The translations under genes and the position numbers were made by a program. From NCBI GenBank assembly GCA_021613535.1, contig CP075497.1, positions 10,850,001 to 10,914,000 of the forward strand: a DNA stretch of 64,000 nucleotides. The letters run 5' to 3'. A model generated the notes under the pieces. The model made no database searches and was not told where the DNA came from. It saw only the letters and a program-made list of their open reading frames with translations. Shown one piece after another: positions 1 through 12,474 of the stretch. The stretch comes from Adineta vaga (taxonomy: Eukaryota; Animalia; Rotifera). How positions within the stretch are numbered: the first letter of the stretch is position 1; each line of letters opens with the position of its first letter.

Positions 1-3000
1 ACGAGTTATTGATAATAATTTATTCTCGATTGTTTTCAGGAACATAAAATCTTTACAATTATTGGTCCATATCCTGCGCTTCGAGAATCATTACGACGGT
101 TAGTTTAAGAATCGATAAAATCATTTAAATATCAACATACTTTGTATAGTCGTGGTTGGATTGAAAAATTCTATCGTGGTAATTCATTACCGACTGTTAA
201 TGGAAATAAAAAATCGGATAAGAAAAATAAGAATGATGAAGATGATGAAGATGAAAATGATGATGTGAATGATGATGATGATCTAGGTAAAGAAATAAAT
301 GACGAAAGGAAAATCTCAATAATTATGTACATTCTTCATTAGATGAACACCCATCCTATGAAGATGATACATCAATTCCACCATGGGAAGAAAATGATGG
401 TTATTATGGACTTCTTTCACGTCTTGTAAGAACAGCAGCACCAAATTTTATTTGGAGTGTTCGAGCTACCTATGATACGAGTACATTGAATAAAGATCAA
501 ATGGTTAATCATTATTCAAGAAATGGTTGTTTTACAACGAAGGTTTATTGAATATAGCACTCAAAAATATATTGATAGTGTTTCTATTTTTCAGGTTGGT
601 CTCTGTAATAGTCTACGTAATCTTCAATGGTTTCATCCAGGTTGTGCGGAAGAGTTCTTTCCTCGATGTTATAAATTATCACATGAAGATGATAAAGTTG
701 CCTTTATAAGTAAGTTTTCTTTCAATTGAATTGTCAACCAAAATGTTCTTTTTTTCTCCTCTAAAGATGATTATCGTTTGACAGCATGTGTTAGTTTTCT
801 TAAACTGATTCAAAATCGATGTAAAGGTGTTGCTGAACCTGATATGACTTCCATATTAGCTATGAGCTCAGATGGTCCAACTGATCCAAAAATTCCCATA
901 CCAACGAATGAAGAAGAAGGACAATTAACACGATCAGTTACTTTACCTCCCGGTCAATTAATATCCAAACCACTCAATGGAAAAAATGCATCAAAACTTG
1001 TGCCTTTATCTTATATTGAATTTGCTTTAAAGACAGTGAATGATTATACATTATCACGTGAACATGAAGATATTGATATCAATCAAACTTCGCAAGTGGA
1101 TACAACAGATGAACAATGGTCACATTTCATTGAACAATTCTATGTTGCTTCTCAGTAAGATTTACGGAAGAAAATGATTCACTTTTTTCTGCTCTTCTCT
1201 CTCTCTCTCTTTTAGTTCGAATGGTGATATTGAAAAAATGGAAAATTATTTAAGTCGAATCGATGAAGCTTTAAATAATGTTGAACAACATTGGGCACAA
1301 TATCATATTGATGGAACACGAAATATTTGGATTCTTAAACCTGGTGCTAAATCAAGAGGACGAGGTTAGTTTTACATTAGTCAAATCGTTTGTTTCTCAT
1401 TATTTTCTTTCACAAGGAATTGTTGTTTATGATCGTTTGGAAGATATATTAAAATTATGCTCATCTACATTAACAAAAGATGGTAAATTCGTTGTACAAA
1501 AATATATTGAACGACCACTATTGATTCATAATATTAAATTTGATATTCGTCAATGGTTTTTAGTTACAGACTGGAATCCATTGACTATTTGGATGTGGAA
1601 AGATTGTTATTTACGTTTTTGTACTGAACATTTCAGTTTAGAAACACGTCAACAAAATGTACATTTATGTAATTATTCAATACAAAAGAATTATAAAAAT
1701 AATTCCAATCGTCATAATGATCTTCCAGGTAAATATCAAATGACTTTCTCTATCTATGAAATTTGATCTTTTTTTTGCATTGATCAGCGGAAAATATGTG
1801 GACAAATGCGGAATTTATTGACAAATATCTTCGACCAAATAATCTAATTGATCGTTGGGAGAAGCTCATTTATCCAGCAATGAAAAATGCGATTGTTTGT
1901 TCAATGCTTGTTGCACAAGATACAATAGATCCAAGAAAAGTAGATGTTTTGTTTGTTTTTTTGGAAAAGAAAATCATATTTTGTTTTGTGATTTGGAATA
2001 GAATTCTTTTGAATTATTTGGTGCTGATTTTATGCTCGGCGAAGATCTGAAACCTTGGCTTATTGAAATTAATTGTAGTCCAACAATGGCTAGAAGTACT
2101 GCTGTTACTACGGATATGTGTGATGGTGTTTTAGAAGATACTTGTAAAGGTAATTGATTTTTGTCAAGAAAAATATTGACTTTAGAATCAAGAAGATTTT
2201 GATATTTAGTTATGATTGATCGAAGATACAATCGATCAGCTGATACCGGTCGATTTGAATTGATTCATAGGGGAACACCTGTGCCTGTCCCTATTTATGT
2301 TGGAATTGATCTTCGTGTTGAAGGTAAAGAAATAAACGAAAGATCGATTTTGTTTTTTAATTTTCAATCATAATAATCATTTAGGAAAAATTTGCAAAAC
2401 TGGTCGACCAACAAATAATGCTCCTGCAATGACAGTTGGAACGCAAAATAATAACAATAATACGACGACGAATACTAACAAGAACAATAATACCAACTCG
2501 AATAATGCAAATAAAACACCAACTTCTGCACCTCCACAAACGAATCTACCATCATCATCATCTTCTTCATCAGTAACGCCTGCTGAAAATCATTCGAATT
2601 TTCTTCATCGAGCTAGTTCACGTCTTACGGATAATCAAATTCTTTCTTCGAAAAGTTTTCAGAATCTCACTTCACTTAAACTTCGTCGTGAAATGAGTCA
2701 ACCAGCATTAAGTCGTTCGGAATTAAATTCTTCATCAGATAATCCTACGGAAAAATCTTCATCCAACGATAATACCTCGACAATATCTCGTACAAATATA
2801 ATTTATCGATTAAGTCAAAGTCAACAACCTGATCTTCGTCAAAAACAAGTTAAACTCAATCCAACACGTTTATCATTAGAAAATGTGCCAATTCGTCATA
2901 TAAGTCGATCAAGAGTAAACGATAATCCTTTATCACCAAAAGGTAAGAGAATCGATTATTTTTCTATCCGTTGTTTTATCAAACGATTTCATTCAAAAAG

Positions 3001-3928
3001 AAAACTAATTCCTATTTCATATTTCCTAAAGATTTATTAGCATCATTGGATATAACTCGTTTACCTGTATTACCTGTTCGTTCTCAACATATTAATCGAA
3101 TCATAAAACAAAGATTTATTGTCAAAAATCGAAAAACTCTTCTATCCTATGATGATGATGAACAAACACATTTCTCTTCTTTATACATTTCAACATCACA
3201 AACAACTGTTCAAGAATAAATGTTTTGTTCGAAACAAAAAAGATAAAGATCTTTTACACAAATAATACTTGCAGTTTCGACACATTGTTTTTCTATTCTT
3301 TCGTTTTTTGTGCACAAATAAGTATTTGATTTCGTTAGATGATGCTTTCTGTTCTGTGAGAGTTCGTCCTTGTTCGTTTTCTTATCAAAATTATGCAAAA
3401 CAAAAGGATCATTTTCCACGAGTTATATTTATCTTTCCATCTAGGAACGATGAACAAATATAATCCAATTTCCAAGATAAATGTAGAGGATTTCTTATTC
3501 CTACACAAAGGCAAGTTTATCAACAAACAATTGTCTTGAAATGCTTCCTTTTTCCTCACTTTAACACGATTTTTCATGTGTGTATGTGTTCGATTTTTTA
3601 AAATAACTTCAATTATTTTTGTTTTCATATCTTTCTAAATAATTCATTGAATTCTTTAGGTATGAAAATTCCCACTCAATTTCCATTCTTTCGTCAATAT
3701 CAACGAACTTGGTTAACATACAAGTCCTCTCCTCATCCGGCCACATTATCTTCATCTTCGAAACATATGAAATCACGCAAAGCAAATATCCCGCCTACCC
3801 ATCTACCAAGTTTATCAACATTTTCTATTCCAGCAACAATTTCAAGCATATCAACTATTAATGACAATCATGGTCATACGACGACAGCAGCAGGAGCAGC
3901 GTCTTCAACTGCTGTTATCGTTGTTTAA
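1..3928 (+). CDS. TTLL3: Tubulin monoglycylase TTLL3/TTLL8 family, 5'-partial, multi-exon, two alternative terminal exons (3041-3219 and 3660-3928)
   Basis: Spliced exons give TTL-family motifs: [81 protein letters not shown]. The N-part ([23 protein letters not shown]; [17 protein letters not shown]; FFPRCY) is typical of the TTLL3/8 glycylases. Confidence 0.88.
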
Positions 3929-4061
3929 CGGTGAAAAAAGATTTGTTTGTTTGAATTAATCAATCATGTCGATATTTATTTTATTATAATTAGATTGTTT
4001 TTTTATTAGTGCACGTCAGAAGAAAAAATATATATTTTTTTAAATAATTCATTTTTTCTGT

Positions 4062-4514
4062 TCATTGTTTGAGAACATTGAACATTTCTGACGAGCCTGA
4101 ATTCATCATATTTGTTGAAATCATCGAATCATTAGCATAGAAGACAAATGGACGTAAGAACCAACTATAACCAGCAAAGATTTCAGTGGGAACTAATTTA
4201 AATTGAACTTTATTATTTGTTTCTTTGATAAAATCATTGATTGAACTGGTGCTACGTGCTATAGCGATATAACCACGAGGTCCACCTGCTGGATTTGAAC
4301 CACGAATTTCGACACCAACATTTACATTATCATTGACGGGTACATTTTCAAATTCAATCGAATAATAAACAGTTGCTGATGGTCGATAAGTTTTGTTGGC
4401 GATTTGGTTTTCAGGTAATAAATGAACATGAATTGTACCAGGCACAGGTGTTCTTGATGTCGCAATTGATAGAGAACAAAAGAAGAGGAGTGACAAAAAC
4501 ATACTTTTAATCAT
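4062..4514 (-). CDS. Intronless 150-aa secreted protein of unknown function
   Basis: Clean ORF with hydrophobic signal peptide (MIKSMFLSLLFFCSLSIATS). TATA-like TATATAAAG on the minus strand ~45 nt upstream of the ATG. No family recognised. Confidence 0.7.
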   Translation of the reverse strand: MIKSMFLSLLFFCSLSIATSRTPVPGTIHVHLLPENQIANKTYRPSATVYYSIEFENVPVNDNVNVGVEIRGSNPAGGPRGYIAIARSTSSINDFIKETNNKVQFKLVPTEIFAGYSWFLRPFVFYANDSMISTNMMNSGSSEMFNVLKQ

Positions 4515-4994
4515 GTTTTCTGTTTAATAAGATGTATGTCTGATAGATATCGTTACTTTATATAGAGTGATACTTTTATGTATATCCATGGCTTAAAGGC
4601 TTAAGTCAATAGAAGCCAATAGGAATGATTGATCTTTTCGTCAGTTTTTGAAATAATCTAGTAGAGAGTCAAAAAGAAATAAATGACGAAAAGTTCGATC
4701 GTTATTTGAAATTATCCAATGTAAATTATGGCATACTAGCGACACTCAAGAAGAAAAATTGACTTTTGAACGAAAATTCTTAAGAATAATGTAAAAAGAT
4801 AATATAGGAAAATAAATTCATGCAAAATTTATCTGAATAAGAATATTTATTCATTAATCAATGATCGTTGAGTTCATTATCAAAATCGGTGATTAAACGC
4901 CGATTTCACGACATGGGATAGATATACTCATACAGAGAATATGAATCCAATCGTGTTCATAGTTGACGTTTGGTAGAGCATAATTATTTTCGAC

Positions 4995-5113
4995 TACCCA
5001 GGTCTAAAAAAACGGCGTCGTAAACTACCTTAAACGATGGGAAAACGGCGAAAACCGGCACTAAATTGCCGTTTTCTAGCCGTTTCCGACTACCGGAATG
5101 ATTGTCCTGGGTA
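4995..5113. mobile_element. Short MITE-like element with terminal inverted repeats
   Basis: TACCCAGG (4995-5002) and its exact reverse complement CCTGGGTA (5106-5113) bracket a ~120 bp GC-richer stretch. The terminal TA is compatible with a TA target-site duplication. Confidence 0.55.
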
Positions 5114-5759
5114 AAGCTATTTCCATTTCATATTATTAGGTTTTGCATTCACCAGATGATGTCGATCAATACAAGTAAAGCATTATTAATTCTAAATTCT
5201 TATCTGAGCGAAAAGTCAAATCAATTACAATTAATACATACATGTGTACTATAAGAAAATCATTTGGTTAAAGTCTTGGTCTTTTACTCTCTATCGTGAA
5301 TCATAAGTGAATATATCATCTACTAAACTTCCGCATGAGAATTTGAGATTGCAAAAAATATGTAATTGAGAAAATAAGTTTTTTGAGTAGCAATTAGAAT
5401 TATCAAGAAATCGGATAGATATGTGGCGTCTCCACATTGCCGATGTTTTGATGATTTCTTTCTCGAGCAAAAGAATAGTCCTTTGTTTAGTATTGCTTTG
5501 TTCATTGATAGTATAAATAGCCATATCTATTTGTTTAGATTTATTCTTAACCATTTATCAACATTCATCACACAACTTCAACGGAACATGTGCAAAGTAT
5601 AATTTGCTTAATTTTTCGTCTTAAGAATAGTTTATTGATTAATAAATATGTATTTCAGTAGAAGTTAGGTAATATATATTCATAAATAGTGTCAAATAGT
5701 TTGAATATCGTTTTACAGGTTCATCTAATGTGTCTTTTTGCTTGTTTATAATATTCATT

Positions 5760-5856
5760 TTGAGATTCATGTCGGAATTCGTTGGATTTTGTCGGAATAT
5801 GTTGGAAGTCGTGGATTTACGCTACTAGGATCCGAGTATGGGATTGATCGACTTGG
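5760..5856. mobile_element. Degenerate relic related to the 4995-5113 element end
   Basis: GGATTGATCGACTTGG (5841-5856) matches GGAATGATTGTCCTGG (5095-5110) at 12/16 positions, preceded by internal GTCGGAAT repeats. Confidence 0.35.
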
Positions 5857-6477
5857 ATTGTCTTGTTGGTGTGGGTTAAACTGGGAGGTAGATATGGATA
5901 ATCAGAAATGTTTGATTTATATTATAGTGTGTGCTGAGATGGTCGATCTGGATTTCCTGGTTAGTATTGGATGTAATGTGGAAAATTAATGCTAATTGAT
6001 GCAGCTTTGATTTTTTGTCTTGCTTGATCTGTTCTTCACGCTGGTGACTTTTGGCTCGTGAGAAATGTAGTTGTTTTTTCAATTGTCTTATTGTTTTTGT
6101 TGCATAAACTCTTTGTTTACGTTGCGTCATCCTAAAACAAATCTTTTGCTTCTTAAATCTGAGAAAGATGATACTAGTTCTTCATTTTATGTTTTATTTA
6201 GTAAATGGTTTTTGAATTTAGGGAATTTTTACACATAATTTCTGCAGAGAACGTTGGCCGTGCTGAGTCGCGATATTTTTCGTTTTAGAAGTTTTCTTAC
6301 TTGTGTTGGTGAGTGATATTTTAGAAGTAGATAAAAAAGTGAAATGGAGAATGTGTTTTCGTAGTAAGGGATCGTTTTAACAATATGGTTATACATACAA
6401 TAGGGTGTTTATTCATTGTTCATAATTCTTGCGTTCTAGAATCATCGACACATATCATATGTACTAAATGTACTGTA

Positions 6478-6912
6478 GTGCACTGTCAGAGGGGTAAAAA
6501 GTCGTTTCTTTCGTGCAAGTAATAGCAGATGCACTTCCCATCACAGCGACACCAATAATTCGTTGGCTAGACTAACAGTTAAAAAAAAGAATATATAGAA
6601 CGAATTGTCAGATATATTTATACACTTCTGTAATATACTCACGGTGAGATGATTACGATTTAATTAACAACACATCACAAAGGAGGCTGTTTCCTGAGTG
6701 AATGAAATAGTGATGTACGGGTTGACAACCCATCTGGAGCACAGTTCATGCAAGATTGGTCCCACAATAAAAAACATATCATTAAATTCTGTATTCAATT
6801 TAGAATTTTTCGACACTTGAATGTCTGGAAGAAACTTAGTCTAGGTATAGTGCATTATTGGAACTAAAATCTGCCAATAAAAGTATGAGTCATAGGGGCT
6901 CTGACAGTATAC
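6478..6912. mobile_element. Putative ~430 bp non-autonomous DNA transposon relic
   Basis: ACTGTCAGAG (6482-6491) and its perfect reverse complement CTCTGACAGT (6899-6908); 12/14 match when extended outward. No convincing ORF inside. Confidence 0.4.
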
Positions 6913-7223
6913 CAATCTTTTATTTATGCTTATGTGTATATGTGTATATAAAAACATTGTGATTAGTCGAAGTTTTAATTTATCCAGATGTTAGTAATCC
7001 TTATGTGTAGCTGTTTGACAATAAGCGAAAAAGATCAATGTGAATGATTAATTGAAGTGAAGGTCGTTTTTACAAATGTTCTTCACTTCATTCGATTTGT
7101 TAGTATGTACTATATGCATTAAGTTCGAAGGAAGAAAAACAACAAAAAAAAGAGAAGTAAAGAGATCTGTTAGAATGACGAGAGAGAAAAAGAAAAAAAA
7201 AACGTCAAATGAGACATGGTTTT

Positions 7224-8457
7224 CTACATAGTTGAATGAAGCAATGGTGTATATGGAGGCGGAGCATGCATTAGTTGTTGTTGATTGTTGGATTTAATCG
7301 CTTCTTCGTACTTAGGTGGAGAGTACATCTACAATAATCGAAGAAAAATAATCTTTTTAAAAGGTAGATAATATAAAGATTTTATTACTTCGCCAGTAAT
7401 AGGTTGAATATCATCAGTTGTTGTGAATGTTCCTATTGATCGAGCCATGGCCAATGCTGTTATATAACTATAACAATACCAGATGATTGCTGCGATATAG
7501 AGCTATAAAATGAAGAGATTTTTCTTCCATAAGGAAATCAATACATCTTTCGATAAAAATTTTACTTTAGCTAAAATGATGAAAAGAAGAAAAGTAAATA
7601 CAACAAGTTGAAGTGTTTGAGTATCAAGTTCAAGTAAATTTTGTTTAAATGGAAAATCAGGTTGCATTTGAAACCAAACTGTAATATCGGGCATATAAGC
7701 ATAAAAACCCAACATGGATAAAACTGATATAATAACATTGAAAACTTTGATTAAGAAGTAAGGTACAATATATGAAGGTTTATTCTAGGAAAATTGAAAA
7801 GATAAACAAAACTGTGAAAGAAAGAGAACTGAACTTACGGTTAAAATACCACAAATATGTGCGAGAATAAGAATTGTAGCCGAAAACACAACGAAAAATA
7901 CGACACATTTGTCTTCTAAAGAAAGAAAGATTTTGAAAACAAAATTATAATTTCTATTTCGAATGATTCCATTTGACATACGTGGACTAAGTGAAGCAGC
8001 CCATTTAACAGTCATCAAATCCAAATTTGAATAAAAATTACGAGTATTTAATCCCACCGGTAAACGAGTGATATTACGTTTTTCAAGAATACGATTTAAT
8101 AAAATATTACTCGAAAGAAAATTTTTATGTTCCATCATTGAATTTGATAATTGTTCGGAATGTGAATCAACTAAAGTCGATGGTAGTATGTTGGAATGAT
8201 TATTTTGTATTATTAATGATCTATCTAACATTGTCTTTGGTCCCGATTGACGAAACATGAGAATCAGAGCACAAAGAACAATTGAATGGATCATTAAATC
8301 CCATAAGCCAATCAGTAATGCAGCAGCTCTAAAAACACACTTCCAGTAGATTTTAAATTAGAAATATGAATCTTTACCTTATTCGAATACAAAAAAGTAC
8401 ACGTCGATTATATTGACGTCGTACATCAGCTTCGACATTGACTGTCGTTAAAACCAT
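7224..8457 (-). CDS. LAPTM4: Lysosomal-associated transmembrane protein 4 family, multi-exon
   Basis: N-terminus MVLTTVNVEADVRRQYNRRVLFCIRIRAAALLIGLWDL, several TM helices, and C-terminal PY-type motifs (SPPKYEEA, APPPYTP) characteristic of LAPTM4. Confidence 0.8.
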
Positions 8458-8682
8458 CGTTTATCGTGATAAAAATTCAAAATAAAAACTGAAAATTTCG
8501 TTTGAATATCTAGAAAAAAAACGAATCCAACATCAAACTTTTCCTACGATGAAAGACTAAACTGATATTAGAAAAGAAGGGACCAATATAAAAACAAAAG
8601 GTTAGATCATTCCTGAGCGTGAGAGAAAATTAACTAAATAACAAGGTACATCACACACACACACACAGAGACAAGATTTGAT

Positions 8683-10188
8683 TTAATCGGTTTTAATATG
8701 AATATATTGTTCACGTTGAATGTATGTATTATAAAGTAATGATCCACAACTAACCAGACAAAATATCGTATGATGCCAAAATAAAATATATGAAATAAGT
8801 ACCGTTAAATGTTGAGTATTAAATAATGTACCTATTTCCTTCCATGTTGTAACTAATGATGAGTTTGTTTCAGTAGAATTCATCATGTAATTATCGAAAT
8901 ATTGCAACCATCTAGGTGGTGTTGGAGCATGAATAGGTAAAATATTATCATTTGAAGAAAAGACTTTCAAATAAAAACAAATAATCAATTCAATAAATAC
9001 CGGTAAGATATATTGAGATGTAACAACACCGAGATAGAAAAAAATTGATGTTACATGACGTTGATAAGTTGTATTTGTGATTCGTGTTGTTGTAGATTGT
9101 TGTTGATCATAAAGAGTTTTCACACGATCAAATGCTGTATCAAGATAAATTTGCATATAAGGTTTAAATAAACAAACACGTAAGATAATACAAGATATTA
9201 TTGAAATTATCTTTAATTGTAAAAGATTATTTTCATTAAAACGTTGTATGATTGGTTTAAACCATAATAAACATGTAAATAATGGTAGAATAAAATTAAT
9301 CAAAGTCAAAAGAAAAATGACGATTTGTTTCCAATCTCGTTTCGAATGACGATTTTTTAATACGAATAAATATTGTAATTGTCCAAAACGAAATGCTGGA
9401 AAAAATAATATAATGGATTGAAAAGCATTGATAAAAGCTAAACACATGACAATATAAATAAATCGACGATCAAGATAATTAATTTCTTCATCATTATCAT
9501 CATTGTAAATAATCGTACGATTTCCATATGTTTCTTTTAAATTAAAATGAAAGAATCTTTCATCAATATATTGTAAACAAAGTGCAAGAAGAAATGATAG
9601 AGCACCAAAGATAATACATAAAATTCCTTCATCAACTTTCAAATATTCACGTACAAATCTTGTTAAAACAATCGATGCAAGTAAGAACGATACTAAACAC
9701 CAAAATAAACTTAAATTAATTTCATTTAATTGTTCATTATTTTGACGAATCATTGGCATTACATAAAGATAGATTTCAGTTAAAACAAAGATTACAATTG
9801 AACCAGATATAAAATCGACTAATGAAAAAAACTCATCAATATATTTAACATGAATAACATCACGATGAACAATAGGTATTAATTTCAATTCAATTGATGT
9901 ATCAGTTGGAATTGCAAATTCTTCATTTACTGTTGATGAATCATTATTATTGATTGAAGATGTTTTCTGATAGGATTTCGAAATGTTCGAATGTTTTTTC
10001 GATTTTGTATTTGTTTCCTTTGCATAACGTTGTTTTATTGCTTGTTTAAATTCTTCATTTGTTGGAGGCCAATAACGAAATAAACCTTTACATAATAACC
10101 AACGACCAAAAGAATAATATTTCGTTAATTTTGTTAAAAAACAAAACACAACTAAAGAAATAACGATTTGTAAACCGAATATAGCCAT
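8683..10188 (-). CDS. TMEM161: Transmembrane protein 161 family, single-exon 501 aa
   Basis: N-terminus MAIFGLQIVISLVV..KLTKYYSFGRWLLCKGLFRYWPPTNEEF and FFYLGVVTSQYILPV match TMEM161A/B; multiple TM segments. Confidence 0.9.
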   Translation of the reverse strand: MAIFGLQIVISLVVFCFLTKLTKYYSFGRWLLCKGLFRYWPPTNEEFKQAIKQRYAKETNTKSKKHSNISKSYQKTSSINNNDSSTVNEEFAIPTDTSIELKLIPIVHRDVIHVKYIDEFFSLVDFISGSIVIFVLTEIYLYVMPMIRQNNEQLNEINLSLFWCLVSFLLASIVLTRFVREYLKVDEGILCIIFGALSFLLALCLQYIDERFFHFNLKETYGNRTIIYNDDNDEEINYLDRRFIYIVMCLAFINAFQSIILFFPAFRFGQLQYLFVLKNRHSKRDWKQIVIFLLTLINFILPLFTCLLWFKPIIQRFNENNLLQLKIISIISCIILRVCLFKPYMQIYLDTAFDRVKTLYDQQQSTTTRITNTTYQRHVTSIFFYLGVVTSQYILPVFIELIICFYLKVFSSNDNILPIHAPTPPRWLQYFDNYMMNSTETNSSLVTTWKEIGTLFNTQHLTVLISYILFWHHTIFCLVSCGSLLYNTYIQREQYIHIKTD

Positions 10189-10688
10189 TGCATAAAATTA
10201 TTAAGAATCGCTTGATTGATTGTTATATAGATTGCAAATTACTTATATTAAGGAAAGAAACAATACTTTTTAGACATTATATTGCTCCATATATTTTCCA
10301 TTAGCATATTCTTAGTTTTATCCTCTATAATGATGATTTTGTTCTTCAAATTATCTGATTGGTCAATTTCTTGATTAAGGTTCTCTTCATTTCACTTATA
10401 AAAAAACTTCCTGTTCCGTTTCGTTATATCATTTCTAGAAACTTGCATTCGCCTTGAACTCTTCTGAATGAAAAATAATGAATTGATTGGTTTTATAGAA
10501 TTTTATTCATGAAGAATTCAAAATAAATGTTCAATTAATAGCAATTATACGGAAAAGGATTCTTTTGATTAAGAAATAAGTCATTTATCTATCTATAAGC
10601 ATATCTTTATACTAATAATAACAACAAAAAAATAAATAAATAGAGATTAACATCTGACAAAAAAAATTCGATGGATTATCCATTAGAT

Positions 10689-11946
10689 CTAATCCCAAGA
10701 TTCTTCAGTTTGACTATCTTTCCTTTTACTTATTAAACCTTCATTGGAATTATTTGTTGAATCATGTTCATGTTCATGATCATAATCATGTGAATGTGTT
10801 GTTAAATCTTCAACAAGAATAATTCGATCATTATCAAGCATTTTATAACCGATACTTTCAATAAGTGATTTTAATTCTTCGAATGTTAATTTGAACTCGA
10901 TTAGACGGGGATGATTAAGTAATGTTTGACAATTAACAGTTAAAGGAAATGTATCATGATTATCATCACCATGTCGAGCTTTATCTTGAGCCATAAGACG
11001 ATACATTTCAAGAATATATCGAAGTTGTTCATGTAATTCAGTAGTTTTCTTAATACCATATGGATAATCAATTAGACCGACTAGTTCATGTTGTTTACAA
11101 TATGATAAACGTTGAAAAAGTTCATTTGACGTTAAACTTGCTTGAAGATTTATATCTTGTCGATAAAAAATAGCAATTTGTGTACATGTACCAACATTTC
11201 GATACTGTTCATTTAATGGTGCTTCACCAACACCAGTAAATTCAACTAAATAATTATAAGTGAGAGCAATTTGTTGTGCCCAAATATTGAATTGTTCACG
11301 TGTAAATTCAAATTTATGATCAATATGACGAAATTGTCCACAAGGCATTGCCGAAAAAAGAACATTAAAATCCGCATTCGGTGTTGTTACAATAACTAAA
11401 CGAGGACGAATATAACCAAAAACATGTGTTACTAAATTTTCTAAATCATTGATATATAGATGTTCAATAACTTCAACAAGTGTAACAAGATCAAAATTAT
11501 AAAAACAATTACATATTTTTGTTGCATCACCTATCAATAGAATCAGTATAGATGTGAATATGTTTTCAAAATTGAATCTTACCATGCAATACATACATAT
11601 GTAATGGAGTTTCACGACGAAAAACCATGTATTCAACTGGTAATGGTTTTAATCGAAAGCATGCTTCATCAAGTTGATAACGAATAATATCGATAGCAGC
11701 AACTAATTGTATATGTGGATTACGATATTTACCAATGGTTAATAATTGACATGTACCACAACCAATATCAAGTAATGAATAGAGTGTAGGATCATTTTGA
11801 ATCGTATCTAATATGAACTGATACCGTTGTCGATAGAGTGGAGGAGTAAAATGAATTCCACCTTCATGATCAGGAATATGATGAACAGGTGATTTACTTG
11901 TTGAATGATTTTTAGGAATTGTTGAACTTGTTTCGACAGATGCCAT
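10689..11946 (-). CDS. HENMT1: Small RNA 2'-O-methyltransferase HEN1, two exons (intron 11531-11582)
   Basis: FTPPLYRQRYQF (FxPPLY motif), SAM motif LLDIGCG, VEVIEHL, IVTTPNADFNVLF, FRHIDHKFEFTREQF. Confidence 0.95.
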
Positions 11947-12474
11947 ATCTATAATAAAATCGGAAAACAATTGATAACATATGATTAGATGAAAAGTTTC
12001 ATATCAATTTATAGACAGACTATATTTCAATCGCATGATTATTTATCTAAAGAACAATCAATTATTCTTTTATACTTACAAAAGTAATCTCTAATTAGTA
12101 AAATAGTCGACAATGTTATATTAATAACAATATGTTTTTTGAACTACATTTAAACAGACAATTGATGCCAATTTTTTGATTTGTTCCATTCGAACCAATA
12201 AAAAATGATTCATAGAACCCATATTATGAAAATATTTTTATTACAAAATATTTGAAAATATAACATTTATTATTGATTTATATTGATTGATTAATTAATT
12301 AATTAATTAAATAATAAACTAGGGGTCGCTCAGAAAATATTAGAAGATTTCGAAAAGAAAGAAAATTTTTGAACAAAGAATTGCATTTATATATCATTGA
12401 ATTATTCGACGAACAGTTCATTTCATAGTCTAAAACGTTCTCGATCAGTCGATATTGTTGCTCTCTGAATAAGA

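Noticed and set aside
10689-11946. HEN1 as part of a bacterial Pnkp-Hen1 RNA repair system or an HGT gene
   Set aside because: It has an intron and the eukaryote-type N-terminal FxPPLY layout, with no Pnkp neighbour; it is an ordinary animal HENMT1.
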